A stretch of DNA of 51,549 bases from a virus (IMGVR_UViG_3300020045_006153:1-51549); one strand, 5' to 3'. Positions 17,725 through 27,555 are shown, counted from the first letter of the stretch. Notes: a model not told the origin generated them from the sequence alone. Numbers and translations are program-made.

Positions 17725-18819
17725 TTACATGCAAACAGATTGCTGTAAAATTTTAAAGTCGTCTATGTTCTTTGCCTTTGGAGTGCACATACCACACCCG
17801 CAGCGTATGTTAGGACATACGATAGATGGAATAACATCTTGGTTAAGTCTATTCTTAAGATCATCTAACATTTGTTGAGCGTTAGATAAGTTACCAATAG
17901 CACCTGTAGTCTTATCAAAGAATGCTTTGCACGTTTGGTGATGGTATACATCTTTCGTTTCTTGATCTACATATAGAAAGAACCAATCTACCATGCAATG
18001 CCAATTCTCGAATTTAGTTTCGATTAATTTAATAGGTTGCCATACCTCATCAACTTTGCCTTCTAACTTACGGCCACCACAACATGCTCTACCTAATTGA
18101 TTACCTTCTGCTGCGCCTGCGGGCTTTTCTTTAACGCCCATTTCATTCCAGAACCATGCTTGTTGCTCAACTGTATATTCGTGTGAGGTCCGACGATTAG
18201 TTCCATCTGAATCAATAAACCATCCCTTGCGTAATATTGCGCCGTCTCCGATTGGTCTAGGACTACATTTAATACCTTTGCTCTTAAGCATATTATACAC
18301 TGCAACTGTTTCATCCCAATAATCCACATGCAACATTATATTAACCTGTAACCACATATCGGTTTCAGCAAGTAATAATATGTTTTCAATTGCTTGATCC
18401 TTTAAAGATTGTGCTGCTTCTGCATGATAACTTACAGTAGCGCCACCGAAATTATCTATAATCTTCTTTGAAAATTTAGGATGCCATGCTCCGTTAGTTG
18501 TTAGACTAAGGTTGTATTCTTCTGGTTGTTCTTTAATGTAATCAACTAATTTCCAGAAGTTAGGATTAACAGTTGGTTCTCCTCCCGTGAAACTTATAGC
18601 AGTAGCAGGAGGATTCTTTCTCTTTGCATTATACATAGAAGACCATTGCTTAACGAAATCAAACGTCTCCTTGAGTTCATCTAGTGATTTGTGCTTGCTA
18701 TGGTTATCATGCCGTGATGCTTCGCAGTATGTACAATCGTAATTACACCTGCGGCCTGTATCCCAAACAACAAAGAATGCATCATTGTTTACATTTCGAA
18801 TTGCGGAAGTTTTAATCAT
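17725..18819 (-). CDS. Radical SAM protein (sub-family C)
   Basis: CNYDCTYC, FTGGEPT, TTNG; Cys-rich C-terminus ACCGG...WHC...TC...CPNIRCGCGMC. Confidence 0.9.
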   Translation of the reverse strand: MIKTSAIRNVNNDAFFVVWDTGRRCNYDCTYCEASRHDNHSKHKSLDELKETFDFVKQWSSMYNAKRKNPPATAISFTGGEPTVNPNFWKLVDYIKEQPEEYNLSLTTNGAWHPKFSKKIIDNFGGATVSYHAEAAQSLKDQAIENILLLAETDMWLQVNIMLHVDYWDETVAVYNMLKSKGIKCSPRPIGDGAILRKGWFIDSDGTNRRTSHEYTVEQQAWFWNEMGVKEKPAGAAEGNQLGRACCGGRKLEGKVDEVWQPIKLIETKFENWHCMVDWFFLYVDQETKDVYHHQTCKAFFDKTTGAIGNLSNAQQMLDDLKNRLNQDVIPSIVCPNIRCGCGMCTPKAKNIDDFKILQQSVCM

Positions 18820-19894
18820 TTAATGTACTACGTTCGATAAATTGGTCAATTGGTTTACTCATCTTATTAGTTCCGCATGTCCGCCCACATGTTATTAGTT
18901 TGTCTTCGGTCCAATGCTTATCCCAAACCGTTTGATATTCATAAGAATTAATGATAGAACGAATTGAATGTTTGCGTGTATCAATTGCATCTTCGCCACC
19001 TAAGTCTGCAATCAAGTTATTATACTGCCTTAGCATATCTTGTTTAACGTGTAACAATTCGGATGTTGGTTCTGTATAGTTGTAAGGAGTTGAGGCAAGG
19101 AAGCAGCATGGGAATAGTTTACCAAATGCATCTATGTATATTTCTTTGTTCTTAATTGCGTAACAATCAATTTCACTATCAGCAATTACCTGTTTATAAT
19201 TTTGTATGATTTTTCGATCAACAAATACTATCTTACTTTCAGTAGAAGGTTGCAATGTTGATACAGTGTTACCTTCTTTATCGTATACTGGAAACGATTC
19301 ATCTAGTAAGAACCTACTACTGTTTTTACGGGTAAATAATCCAAAGCGCATCTCTTTAGCAAGTGCTTGTGCTTCTTCAACCTGATGTTCGTTATGCTTA
19401 AACACAATATATGTCCAATCAGCAAATCCGCCAGCATTAATAAAGGCGGCAGCATTGTCCATTATTTTCTTAAACGATGTCCCTGCTCTGTATATGTGAT
19501 TAGTATCTTTTAATCCATCTATGCCGAATATAACAGAATGCCTTTTTGGCAATACTTTAGCAAGATTAGCCCACCATTCTGTGTTCTTAATACTACCATT
19601 TGTGTGTATCCTGATTTCAATATCAGGTACTTTGCTAGTAACGTACCGACACATTTCCAGTAGGTCATTATTCAATAACGGATCACCGAAATTACCACAG
19701 AAGAATATAGAGTTAATTGTTCTTAATACTTCTAAATTGATTGTATTTTTAAATTGTTCAAGTGTCCAGTTGTTTATAGTGAGTAGTGGGTTGTCCATTC
19801 CGCCGTGGTGGTTACGTGAACACATGGGACAACTTGCTTGGCAGTTGTTTGTAATTTCTAAATGTATTTGTCTTAGGTCGTTAAAGTAAAACAT
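18812..19894 (-). CDS. Radical SAM protein (sub-family B)
   Basis: HLEITNNCQASCPMC, CGNFGDP, HTNGS; close paralogue of 16617-17717. Confidence 0.9.
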   Translation of the reverse strand: MFYFNDLRQIHLEITNNCQASCPMCSRNHHGGMDNPLLTINNWTLEQFKNTINLEVLRTINSIFFCGNFGDPLLNNDLLEMCRYVTSKVPDIEIRIHTNGSIKNTEWWANLAKVLPKRHSVIFGIDGLKDTNHIYRAGTSFKKIMDNAAAFINAGGFADWTYIVFKHNEHQVEEAQALAKEMRFGLFTRKNSSRFLLDESFPVYDKEGNTVSTLQPSTESKIVFVDRKIIQNYKQVIADSEIDCYAIKNKEIYIDAFGKLFPCCFLASTPYNYTEPTSELLHVKQDMLRQYNNLIADLGGEDAIDTRKHSIRSIINSYEYQTVWDKHWTEDKLITCGRTCGTNKMSKPIDQFIERSTLND

Positions 19895-20807
19895 GTCTTG
19901 CCTTTTGTTTATATAATGCTGCGCCGATTGAACTCGAACAATCCCCGGGTTTATCTAATATCCATACACTATTCCATTTATCAGTCAATGTATTTGCATA
20001 TTTTGAATTTGCCGCACATCCGCCAGTGAATACTAGATTAGATGACACTGACATATCTCTTGCTATATTCATAACTTCTTGTGCTTGTTCTTCGAATACT
20101 AATTGAACGGCCGCAGCAATATCTGCTTTGTTATTAATAGTTACTCCGTATGGCCAATCACAAACGCCTTTGTGAAAATTAACTATTAGGTTCCAATCAG
20201 CAGTCCAATATGACTTTATAAAATGATAATACCTGCGCGGATCACCATACGCACTGAGTTCTTGCAATTTATGTTCTTCTTGCAACGGAGTAAATCCGAT
20301 TAATTTAGTAAATGCACTGTAGAACATTCCAAGACTAGTTGGATATTCTCTACTCCATAGTTTAGTTAATTCTGTACCTTTACCTGCCCATATAGTTGCA
20401 GACTCCCATTCACCTATGCTATCTAAAACAATAACAGTTGCTTCTTCATATGGGGATGTTAAGAATCCAGCAGCAGCATGACTTAGATGATGATCTAAAT
20501 ATGTAATAGGTTTAGTGTGCAAATCAAACTTCTTAAGATGTACACTAGGTAATTCATTTCTATCAAATGCTAATTTATATTGACCTGCATATAGTTGTCT
20601 GCCCTTCTTTAACCAAGGGCGTTCATACCATACAATTTCATCAGGAACACCGTATGCATATACTGTGCCAAGCAGCATAATATTTAAATTCTCGTCATTT
20701 TTAATTCCAGTGAATTCGCTACTTAATCGCCAGTTCATTAGTTTACCATTCTCAACTACTGCGATACTAGCATCGTGATTGAGTGCGTTTATTCCCCAAG
20801 TAATCAT
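19881..20807 (-). CDS. Carbamoyltransferase (NodU/CmcH family), N-terminal Kae1-like domain only
   Basis: GINALNHDASIA, DHHLSHAAAGF, DSIGE, SLGMFY, GGCAAN and SSIGAA motifs; only 308 aa. Confidence 0.85.
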   Translation of the reverse strand: MITWGINALNHDASIAVVENGKLMNWRLSSEFTGIKNDENLNIMLLGTVYAYGVPDEIVWYERPWLKKGRQLYAGQYKLAFDRNELPSVHLKKFDLHTKPITYLDHHLSHAAAGFLTSPYEEATVIVLDSIGEWESATIWAGKGTELTKLWSREYPTSLGMFYSAFTKLIGFTPLQEEHKLQELSAYGDPRRYYHFIKSYWTADWNLIVNFHKGVCDWPYGVTINNKADIAAAVQLVFEEQAQEVMNIARDMSVSSNLVFTGGCAANSKYANTLTDKWNSVWILDKPGDCSSSIGAALYKQKARHVLL

Positions 20808-20899
20808 TTGTAAATATACGGATCTGTTTCGCGAAGTTTTTTAAGGCGCTTCTTAATTTCAAAATACATTCTAATGCGCTCTATAAATCGTTTAAACAT
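20804..20899 (-). CDS. Basic microprotein, 31 aa (not in ORF track)
   Basis: MFKRFIERIRMYFEIKKRLKKLRETDPYIYK*. Fills the gap exactly, overlaps the upstream stop and has ATGA coupling to the carbamoyltransferase. Confidence 0.7.
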   Translation of the reverse strand: MFKRFIERIRMYFEIKKRLKKLRETDPYIYK

Positions 20900-21488
20900 G
20901 TTGCTTTCCTATTATCATATATCGAGTATAAAGCGGTAACTTTAACTCGCCGGCCCAAATAACTTTTATATCACTTTGATGTTCAAATTCTTCTAGGCTA
21001 GTTGCTGTTCGTATATGTTCGGGTATATCGTAGTTATTGCTTTGCAATACTATTAATGAATTAAACGGAATACCACTTAACCATATATCATATTGATCTT
21101 GTGTAATATGTTCGCAACTTGTATTAATTACAATGTCAGCATCACTTCGGATTGAACACATGTCTGATGTTACTGCACGAAATCGTCCTTTCATTTCTTC
21201 TTGTTTATTCATCATAGTAGCAACTGGTTCACATGCAGGATCGATATCTATGCTGCGGATGTTTTTAATAGGGCAGTGACTTTGGAATAACATACTTGCA
21301 AGTGTGCCTACCCATCCGCCGTGTATATCGACTGATGCATTTTGCAACACATAAGGACGAAGATGGTTAATCAGCCATTCCTTACTCGTTAGTTGTCCTT
21401 TCCAAAATGCATCTAGTGTTCGGTGTGGATCATTACTTTCACGTATAGCCATCATCCAATAGTGTAAATGGTCTGTATCAATTAACAT
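20892..21488 (-). CDS. Class I SAM-dependent methyltransferase-like protein
   Basis: VDIHGGWVG (motif I-like), IRSIDID (acidic motif II) and VINTSCEH. Confidence 0.7.
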   Translation of the reverse strand: MLIDTDHLHYWMMAIRESNDPHRTLDAFWKGQLTSKEWLINHLRPYVLQNASVDIHGGWVGTLASMLFQSHCPIKNIRSIDIDPACEPVATMMNKQEEMKGRFRAVTSDMCSIRSDADIVINTSCEHITQDQYDIWLSGIPFNSLIVLQSNNYDIPEHIRTATSLEEFEHQSDIKVIWAGELKLPLYTRYMIIGKQHV

Positions 21489-22464
21489 AAATTGGTATTA
21501 CTTTCTTTGTCATATTTGCTTCGAACATGCACCAACATTCAGTACGCTCGCATTTTGCAGGTTCGATAAGGGGTTGAAATTTTTCTTTAAAATTAGCATC
21601 GAAGATGTTGTATTGTTCTTGTTTTCCATATAGTTTGTTACTGCATAATCCAGTTAATGTGCCGTCCATTCTAATAGCAATCCAATCTATTCCTAAATTG
21701 CATTCCCAACCGTTAAAGTTGTTTAGTTTATTATGAATAATTTCGTGATCTTTTAACTTGTGAGTTTTACCTGCTTCATCTACTACTCGAACATTGCTAC
21801 GGCTGCTCTTATTGTTTTTAAAGAACCAAAACAAATTAGGACTTCTTGCTCGTCCTTTATTCAATATTGCTTTCTGTTCATCTGTGTACTTTACTTTGCT
21901 TTGTTCGACTATTTCCATATATCGAATACTCCAGCGATGCTTACTTGTTGTGTAATAGTTCACATGTGACATGCAAGTATCCCATGCAAATGGATCCATT
22001 AAAACAATAGTTGTAACGATTACATTCTTTTCATATAGCAAGTCAGCAACATTACTAAGGTGTACTGGATCTACAAATTCATGATGACTACTCAGAATAA
22101 CATAATCTAGATACGGAGCCATTTCTTCCCACCAACTTAGTTTCTTAGTCCCATTAGTGGTAAGTGTAAAGATGCAGTTATATCTAGTTTTAAAATATAC
22201 AATAAACTCTTGAAACTTCTTCCAATGTGTTATTTCGCCGCCCATTACATGAAAATCGAACTTTGTCTTACTGGTCATTTCTATATAATAATCAAGCATA
22301 TGTGACAAATTCTCAACGAACGAATCAAAGTCGGGCCATTTAATATCACCCGTATTACATCCGGGGAAACAGTACCAGCACTTATAGTTACAGATGTTAC
22401 CTATAGTAAGATCTATACGCATTGTGTCTTCTCGCCAATTTTGTTTTACTTCTGTTATATTCAT
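21478..22464 (-). CDS. Radical SAM protein (sub-family C)
   Basis: CNYKCWYC, GGE, TTNG; C-terminal WEC...LC...KCERTECWC. Confidence 0.9.
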   Translation of the reverse strand: MNITEVKQNWREDTMRIDLTIGNICNYKCWYCFPGCNTGDIKWPDFDSFVENLSHMLDYYIEMTSKTKFDFHVMGGEITHWKKFQEFIVYFKTRYNCIFTLTTNGTKKLSWWEEMAPYLDYVILSSHHEFVDPVHLSNVADLLYEKNVIVTTIVLMDPFAWDTCMSHVNYYTTSKHRWSIRYMEIVEQSKVKYTDEQKAILNKGRARSPNLFWFFKNNKSSRSNVRVVDEAGKTHKLKDHEIIHNKLNNFNGWECNLGIDWIAIRMDGTLTGLCSNKLYGKQEQYNIFDANFKEKFQPLIEPAKCERTECWCMFEANMTKKVIPIYVN

Positions 22465-23441
22465 TTTTGTTTTGGTATTTTACTATCAGCGGAACTAACA
22501 CACGATGGAGTTATACATATAGTGGGAGATTTAAATAGTTGGAAGCCCGCATCTAGCGTACCTAGTATTTGATCATGACAACTATAACTACGTTTTACTT
22601 CATTAGACTTTATTATAACACTTTGATAGCCGCTGTTGCAAGTCCATCCTTTAAATTTATTAAATCCAAATGCATTAAATCGTTCGGCTTGATCAAATTT
22701 ATATTCTACATTATTCTTGTCATATAATGATATTTGATATAATTCTTCTCCGAATGCATTTTGTGGAAATCCTGTTTGCATTATATTAATCATCTCATCA
22801 GTATATCCACTTACTACACTACTTGCTGTAGGATCACTTTGTGGTTTCAATGTTACGTTAATTCCCCGTTTGTTAAATCGTTGCAATCGTTCGTAGTATT
22901 CCCAAAAGAATTCAGGTACCATAACTTGGTTAATAGTAACGTACACGTTCTTATCTATCAAGTTGATAATTTTATCACCAAATTCTTGTTCTTTTGCAAA
23001 CTCTGCATGATAGGACGCAGTAATACTTCTGCGAGCAAGCATACTTGTTGCATCGGCCCAATTATTCCACCATTTAATACTAGGACTAAGGTTAGTGGTC
23101 ATATGAATACTTTGATACGGAGTAATAATTCCGTCATCTAAGTATTTGGTTAGTTCGAGCAAGTGCTTATATGCAGTTGGTTCTCCACCGCTGAAAGACC
23201 AATGAAACTTGTTAAATCCGTTTGCTCTTGCTTGCCTCTTGATTTCGTCTATTGTAATTTTATATACTTCAAGAGGGTGGTGATCGGGCGTATCAGATCG
23301 TGCATATGGCCAGCAATATGAACAATTGTAATTACAAAATCGACCGAGTATCCAACTAACCGAAAATAGATTAGATTCGAGCATTGTTCTTTGTCCGAAT
23401 CTAACAATGTTATTCCAGGGTATGTTTTGAAAATTGTTCAT
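22461..23441 (-). CDS. Radical SAM protein (sub-family C)
   Basis: CNYNCSYC, FSGGEPT, TTN; C-terminal WTC...SC...ICITPSC. Start uncertain (23441 or 23459). Confidence 0.9.
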   Translation of the reverse strand: MNNFQNIPWNNIVRFGQRTMLESNLFSVSWILGRFCNYNCSYCWPYARSDTPDHHPLEVYKITIDEIKRQARANGFNKFHWSFSGGEPTAYKHLLELTKYLDDGIITPYQSIHMTTNLSPSIKWWNNWADATSMLARRSITASYHAEFAKEQEFGDKIINLIDKNVYVTINQVMVPEFFWEYYERLQRFNKRGINVTLKPQSDPTASSVVSGYTDEMINIMQTGFPQNAFGEELYQISLYDKNNVEYKFDQAERFNAFGFNKFKGWTCNSGYQSVIIKSNEVKRSYSCHDQILGTLDAGFQLFKSPTICITPSCVSSADSKIPKQK

Positions 23442-24438
23442 GTAACCATTCAAAGTCATTTATCTTATATAAATCAGAGGCATGTTCTTCACCATATGCT
23501 TTGCCTTCATTAGCACCGATAATTGCCCATTCACCAAATGCTGCACCGTTGTTTATTGTACACCAAGTGTCTAGTCTGTGTTGATTTTCTGAAGATATAT
23601 CTCGATTAATTATTCCACTAGAAAGTTTTGCACATTCTCTAAACGCAGATCTCCATGTAGAGAATGCATCAGTATTGAATGCAGTAATATTACTTACTTC
23701 GTCCATTGCATTAAACTTTAGACTTAAACTCGTTGTCATATCAACTGCAGACTCTTCTACTGCAAGCGTTTGCTTGCGTGGTAATAATTTTGCGCCACCA
23801 TATCCGTATTCTAATCCGTTTATAGGATTCTTACTGCGCCAAACATAAACGCTATCAAAGTCCCATCTGTATATTGCATGTTTAAATTTAAATGTATCAA
23901 GTACCTGGGCATCTCCATCTAAAACCCAAAACATTTTAGTAGACGAAATTTTTGCTGCTGCCTTATGTGCTGCATGTATTCCCTTAATTCCGTCTACCCG
24001 TTTAGCATACGGTACTTGGGTGAGCAATTTTGCATAATTATCATTCGCATTTAATTCACCGTAACTAATAAAAATTACATCGTCGGGTCTTTCAATTGCA
24101 GATGCTATATTAATTATTTTTGTGTTATAAAAGAAATTGTAATCTCTTTCATCATTTGTAATTTTTGCAGTCTTTGAAAGTAATGCTACTCCGACATCGT
24201 CTTCTGTTAATTTGAATACATGCTTATATATTTTATCGACATCATTAACTTTATATTCAAATTTAAAATCGTCTAACGGAATAATACCAGCCGGTACTAT
24301 CCAACACATAGTAGTAAATGATTTACGTAATGCTTCTTGATATGTTTCTACCCGTTTAGCAGTTGGATATTTTCGTTTAAACAATGTAAATTGTTCATCT
24401 ATTTCGTCTTTATGTCGTATGAAGAAAATATCGTACAT
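23410..24438 (-). CDS. Glycosyltransferase-like (GT-A) protein with duplicated N-terminal module
   Basis: VIFISYGE, RVDGIKGIHAAHKAAA and FWVLDGDA (DxD); the N-terminus YDIFFI...KRV is a degenerate copy of the same module. Confidence 0.55.
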   Translation of the reverse strand: MYDIFFIRHKDEIDEQFTLFKRKYPTAKRVETYQEALRKSFTTMCWIVPAGIIPLDDFKFEYKVNDVDKIYKHVFKLTEDDVGVALLSKTAKITNDERDYNFFYNTKIINIASAIERPDDVIFISYGELNANDNYAKLLTQVPYAKRVDGIKGIHAAHKAAAKISSTKMFWVLDGDAQVLDTFKFKHAIYRWDFDSVYVWRSKNPINGLEYGYGGAKLLPRKQTLAVEESAVDMTTSLSLKFNAMDEVSNITAFNTDAFSTWRSAFRECAKLSSGIINRDISSENQHRLDTWCTINNGAAFGEWAIIGANEGKAYGEEHASDLYKINDFEWLHEQFSKHTLE

Positions 24439-25325
24439 TATTTTCTCCTAACAATACGGTCTGAATTTTGATACAACTTCTTAAAGAATTTAGAGCCATC
24501 ATCATCTAACGTTGAAATTTCTAATCCTAATCGTTTTAACTTAGATCCGTATTCATTTAATTTTTCATCAAGCATATAAGAATCAACATGTTGCTCTTTC
24601 CAATATTGTGTTAAGTAATCAAAGTCTCGTACTTGTGCATAATCCCAATCAGTACAGTTTGTTAAGTAACATCCTTCTCGAGCACCTAACATTGAATATA
24701 CACCTTGCTCAACATCTGCGCCTACATTGCACCACACTAATAATCTATCATAGTTCTGCCACCAAATTTTCTTCAAGTTAGAAACCTTGTGTCCTTGATC
24801 TAACGACATTTTAACCCCTTCACGAAATCCAGCACGCCACGCCTGAAAAGGAGAACCGTTCGTAAAACTCTCCGAGTAACTTTCGTTAAATTGATAGTAT
24901 CGCTTGTCAAAACAAAACTCAACTTTGCCTGCAACATCGTTTGTGTCGGAATTCTCGTGAGTACGCATGTTGTTGACAAAATCTTTTGTCCACATCTTTA
25001 ATCCACCGTTTCCGTACATTAAATTGTTAACATGTACCTTACCACACCAACTAAACACATTTTCAGCAGTAAGATTTAATTTAGTTAAATCAATTTCAAC
25101 CTGCAGAAATTTTGGATCAATGATATTATCTGCATCAACTGTAACAAAGTAATCAGTTTCACTAATTGCTGCGCATGCCTTGTGTGCAGAATCACTACCT
25201 TTTACACCATGCACTCGTTTAGCCCATGGTACTTTTTTCTTTAAGTCTGCATAGTTCTTCTCGGCATTTGCTTCATCATAACTTAGAAACACTATGTCTT
25301 GTTCGATTATTTTTATTTTACTCAT
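24438..25325 (-). CDS. Glycosyltransferase-like (GT-A) protein
   Basis: DIVFLSYDE, RVHGVKGSDSAHKACA and FVTVDADN (DxD); paralogue of 23410-24438. Confidence 0.55.
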   Translation of the reverse strand: MSKIKIIEQDIVFLSYDEANAEKNYADLKKKVPWAKRVHGVKGSDSAHKACAAISETDYFVTVDADNIIDPKFLQVEIDLTKLNLTAENVFSWCGKVHVNNLMYGNGGLKMWTKDFVNNMRTHENSDTNDVAGKVEFCFDKRYYQFNESYSESFTNGSPFQAWRAGFREGVKMSLDQGHKVSNLKKIWWQNYDRLLVWCNVGADVEQGVYSMLGAREGCYLTNCTDWDYAQVRDFDYLTQYWKEQHVDSYMLDEKLNEYGSKLKRLGLEISTLDDDGSKFFKKLYQNSDRIVRRK

Positions 25326-25882
25326 TTTACAATTAGTTTATATTTGCTGAATACTGGAGTTGTTACTAACTTGATTTTTGTAATGTCTGCTTCTAGTACG
25401 TGTTCAAACGGAATATATACAGGTCCGTTTTCAAACGATACGTTGAGTTGTCGAATCAAAAAATCTAAATTGTCTTCTAATACTACATAAAAATGCAATA
25501 TAAAATGTAAAGAATATTTTGCAATAACATTATTGCTTAATTCAAATTGCCATCCGTTTTTATTCCATGTTATAGTTACATCTGGATCAATCTCAACACT
25601 ATCAATGATTTTAAATCTGGAATGTGCCCAATCTGGAATAATTTCGATTGGTTTCTTAACAATATCATTTCCTTCAACTTTGTATTCGCTTGATATTAAT
25701 GTGCCATTAAGAAACCCTTTTACCTTACTATACGTTGTTACTAATATGTTATTAATTACATCAGGTAATATATGTGAAATAGATATAATGTTTCCAGTTA
25801 CATCAGTAACCACATAATATTGAGTAGGAGCAGTTAGTTTATATATAACAGCAATATCGTCTTCAGATAATTTATATTCCAT
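25322..25882 (-). CDS. Hypothetical protein
   Basis: Coupled ORF inside the operon; start moved to MEYKLS (25882); no recognised motif. Confidence 0.6.
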   Translation of the reverse strand: MEYKLSEDDIAVIYKLTAPTQYYVVTDVTGNIISISHILPDVINNILVTTYSKVKGFLNGTLISSEYKVEGNDIVKKPIEIIPDWAHSRFKIIDSVEIDPDVTITWNKNGWQFELSNNVIAKYSLHFILHFYVVLEDNLDFLIRQLNVSFENGPVYIPFEHVLEADITKIKLVTTPVFSKYKLIVK

Positions 25883-26717
25883 TTGATAATTCCTCAAGTG
25901 TTGATAAAATAGTCGGGGTTATAAAACATTTATCAACGTAATGAAATACCGCAGGTTGCTTAATATTTCCAATATATAATTGCCCACGTTTGTTAAAATT
26001 CCAAGGAATTGCATTTGTCCAACTTTCTGCATTAGTTTGTGTCCATCCTTGCACTTGTGGTTTCATATGAACAAATGTCAATGGCGAACACACATCAATT
26101 GCACTATATTGTAAACCTAACATTTCAATTGCAATCGCAGCCGCAAGATCCATGCTTAACCAATTCTGCCAACGAATCGGTGCAAATTTACTGTAACATA
26201 GTTCCCAATTATTAGTAATAAATTCTAATGTTTTGTAAAATTCATATGCAGTTTCGCTTTTCTTAAAATAATGTAGTGCAAAATACGGATTAGTTAATTT
26301 GTTTTCTACAAATGTTGCTCTGTGTATTAAATCGGAATTGATTGTCTCTAATTTGTGATTCATTACATTAGAGCAAAATTTAATATCATAATTTGAACAA
26401 TACTCCCACCATGGTGAAATATCATCCAGCAACAACATATCAGTATCTAGTACAATTGTTTCGTCGTATGGCGATGTATGATATAGTTTCCAACGATTTT
26501 CAACTTTCCATTTAGTATTAGCAGCATTATCATTCCATGGAATTTTAATCACTTTATCAAATACTTTTAAATATTCAGTTGGTATAGGATCGTTTGTTAC
26601 AATGGATATATTTTTAACTGCTAACTGAGTGGCGTTAATCGATAGTGCAAGTGCATATGCTTGATCAACATAATTTACATCGCTATTTTGAGCAATAACT
26701 AAAAATCCTTTAGTCAT
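25872..26717 (-). CDS. Glycosyltransferase family 8-like (GT-A) protein
   Basis: YALALSI, SPYDETIVLDTDML (DxD) and late HMK/HY motifs. Confidence 0.6.
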   Translation of the reverse strand: MTKGFLVIAQNSDVNYVDQAYALALSINATQLAVKNISIVTNDPIPTEYLKVFDKVIKIPWNDNAANTKWKVENRWKLYHTSPYDETIVLDTDMLLLDDISPWWEYCSNYDIKFCSNVMNHKLETINSDLIHRATFVENKLTNPYFALHYFKKSETAYEFYKTLEFITNNWELCYSKFAPIRWQNWLSMDLAAAIAIEMLGLQYSAIDVCSPLTFVHMKPQVQGWTQTNAESWTNAIPWNFNKRGQLYIGNIKQPAVFHYVDKCFITPTILSTLEELSNGI

Positions 26718-27555
26718 TTAATTCTCCAATCACTCGTGCTAGGCTGTATTTGTTCATGACATGCACATCTAGGCCCGAAGTCTTTGTCATTATATATTCG
26801 CCTTTATATTCTTTCTTTTGCAATAAAATTTGCATATCAGTATCATTAATTGCATGTAACACATCAACATCAAGAGAATATGTCATTTTTCCCGGCAACT
26901 CAGTTGCAAAATTGCCATTAGTTTTTCCATTCATGATATGTATGGCAATGCTAAATGCAAAATCATTTCTAAACAGTGGACTCTTGATACAATACAATAC
27001 TCTAAAGTAATTCCAGTTAGCCTTGATATATCCAATTAATTCAAATAATGCTTCTGTTGCAGGCGTCTTTTCAAATATGAATGCAGTTGCCCAATAAAAT
27101 GGAATTGACTGATCGTTCACACGTTTAAAATAATCAGTAGACCGCCATTCGGCTAAATCTAAACATTCTTTATATATTTGAAATTCAGCAGAGCGAGATA
27201 GCGCTGGCTTTAACACATCGGAGTTAATAATATAGTCACTATCTATAACTAATGTTTTGTCGTATGGTGTAAGATTATACACATGATTACGAGTTAAATT
27301 TTTCCACTTCAATCCTGTTTTAAACAATATACCATCGTGAAACAATTTAATATTAGATGTAGCAGACTCAGACGGAATTTTGATGATTGATTGAAAGTTA
27401 TTATTTGGATATACATCCATGTCTTGTGCTTCGTCAGTTACTAATGTAACTGGAATATTAAGAAACTTTGTAATACGACTAGCAGCAAAATTTGCTAAGT
27501 TAATATAATCAACACCGTCATTGTTGTGTGCAAAGATTAATGCACCTGTGCTCAT
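26710..27555 (-). CDS. Glycosyltransferase family 8-like (GT-A) protein
   Basis: TPYDKTLVIDSDY (DxD), FRNDFAFSIA and HVMNK; paralogue of 25872-26717. Confidence 0.6.
   Translation of the reverse strand: MSTGALIFAHNNDGVDYINLANFAASRITKFLNIPVTLVTDEAQDMDVYPNNNFQSIIKIPSESATSNIKLFHDGILFKTGLKWKNLTRNHVYNLTPYDKTLVIDSDYIINSDVLKPALSRSAEFQIYKECLDLAEWRSTDYFKRVNDQSIPFYWATAFIFEKTPATEALFELIGYIKANWNYFRVLYCIKSPLFRNDFAFSIAIHIMNGKTNGNFATELPGKMTYSLDVDVLHAINDTDMQILLQKKEYKGEYIMTKTSGLDVHVMNKYSLARVIGELND

Noticed and set aside
10922-23441. Assigning the radical SAM genes to known pathways (QueE/7-deazaguanine, MoaA, NrdG, PqqE, anaerobic sulfatase maturase)
   Set aside because: No partner genes (queC, queD, folE, dpdA, moaC, nrdD, pqq, sulfatase) were recognised in the window, and the motifs do not single out any of these families.
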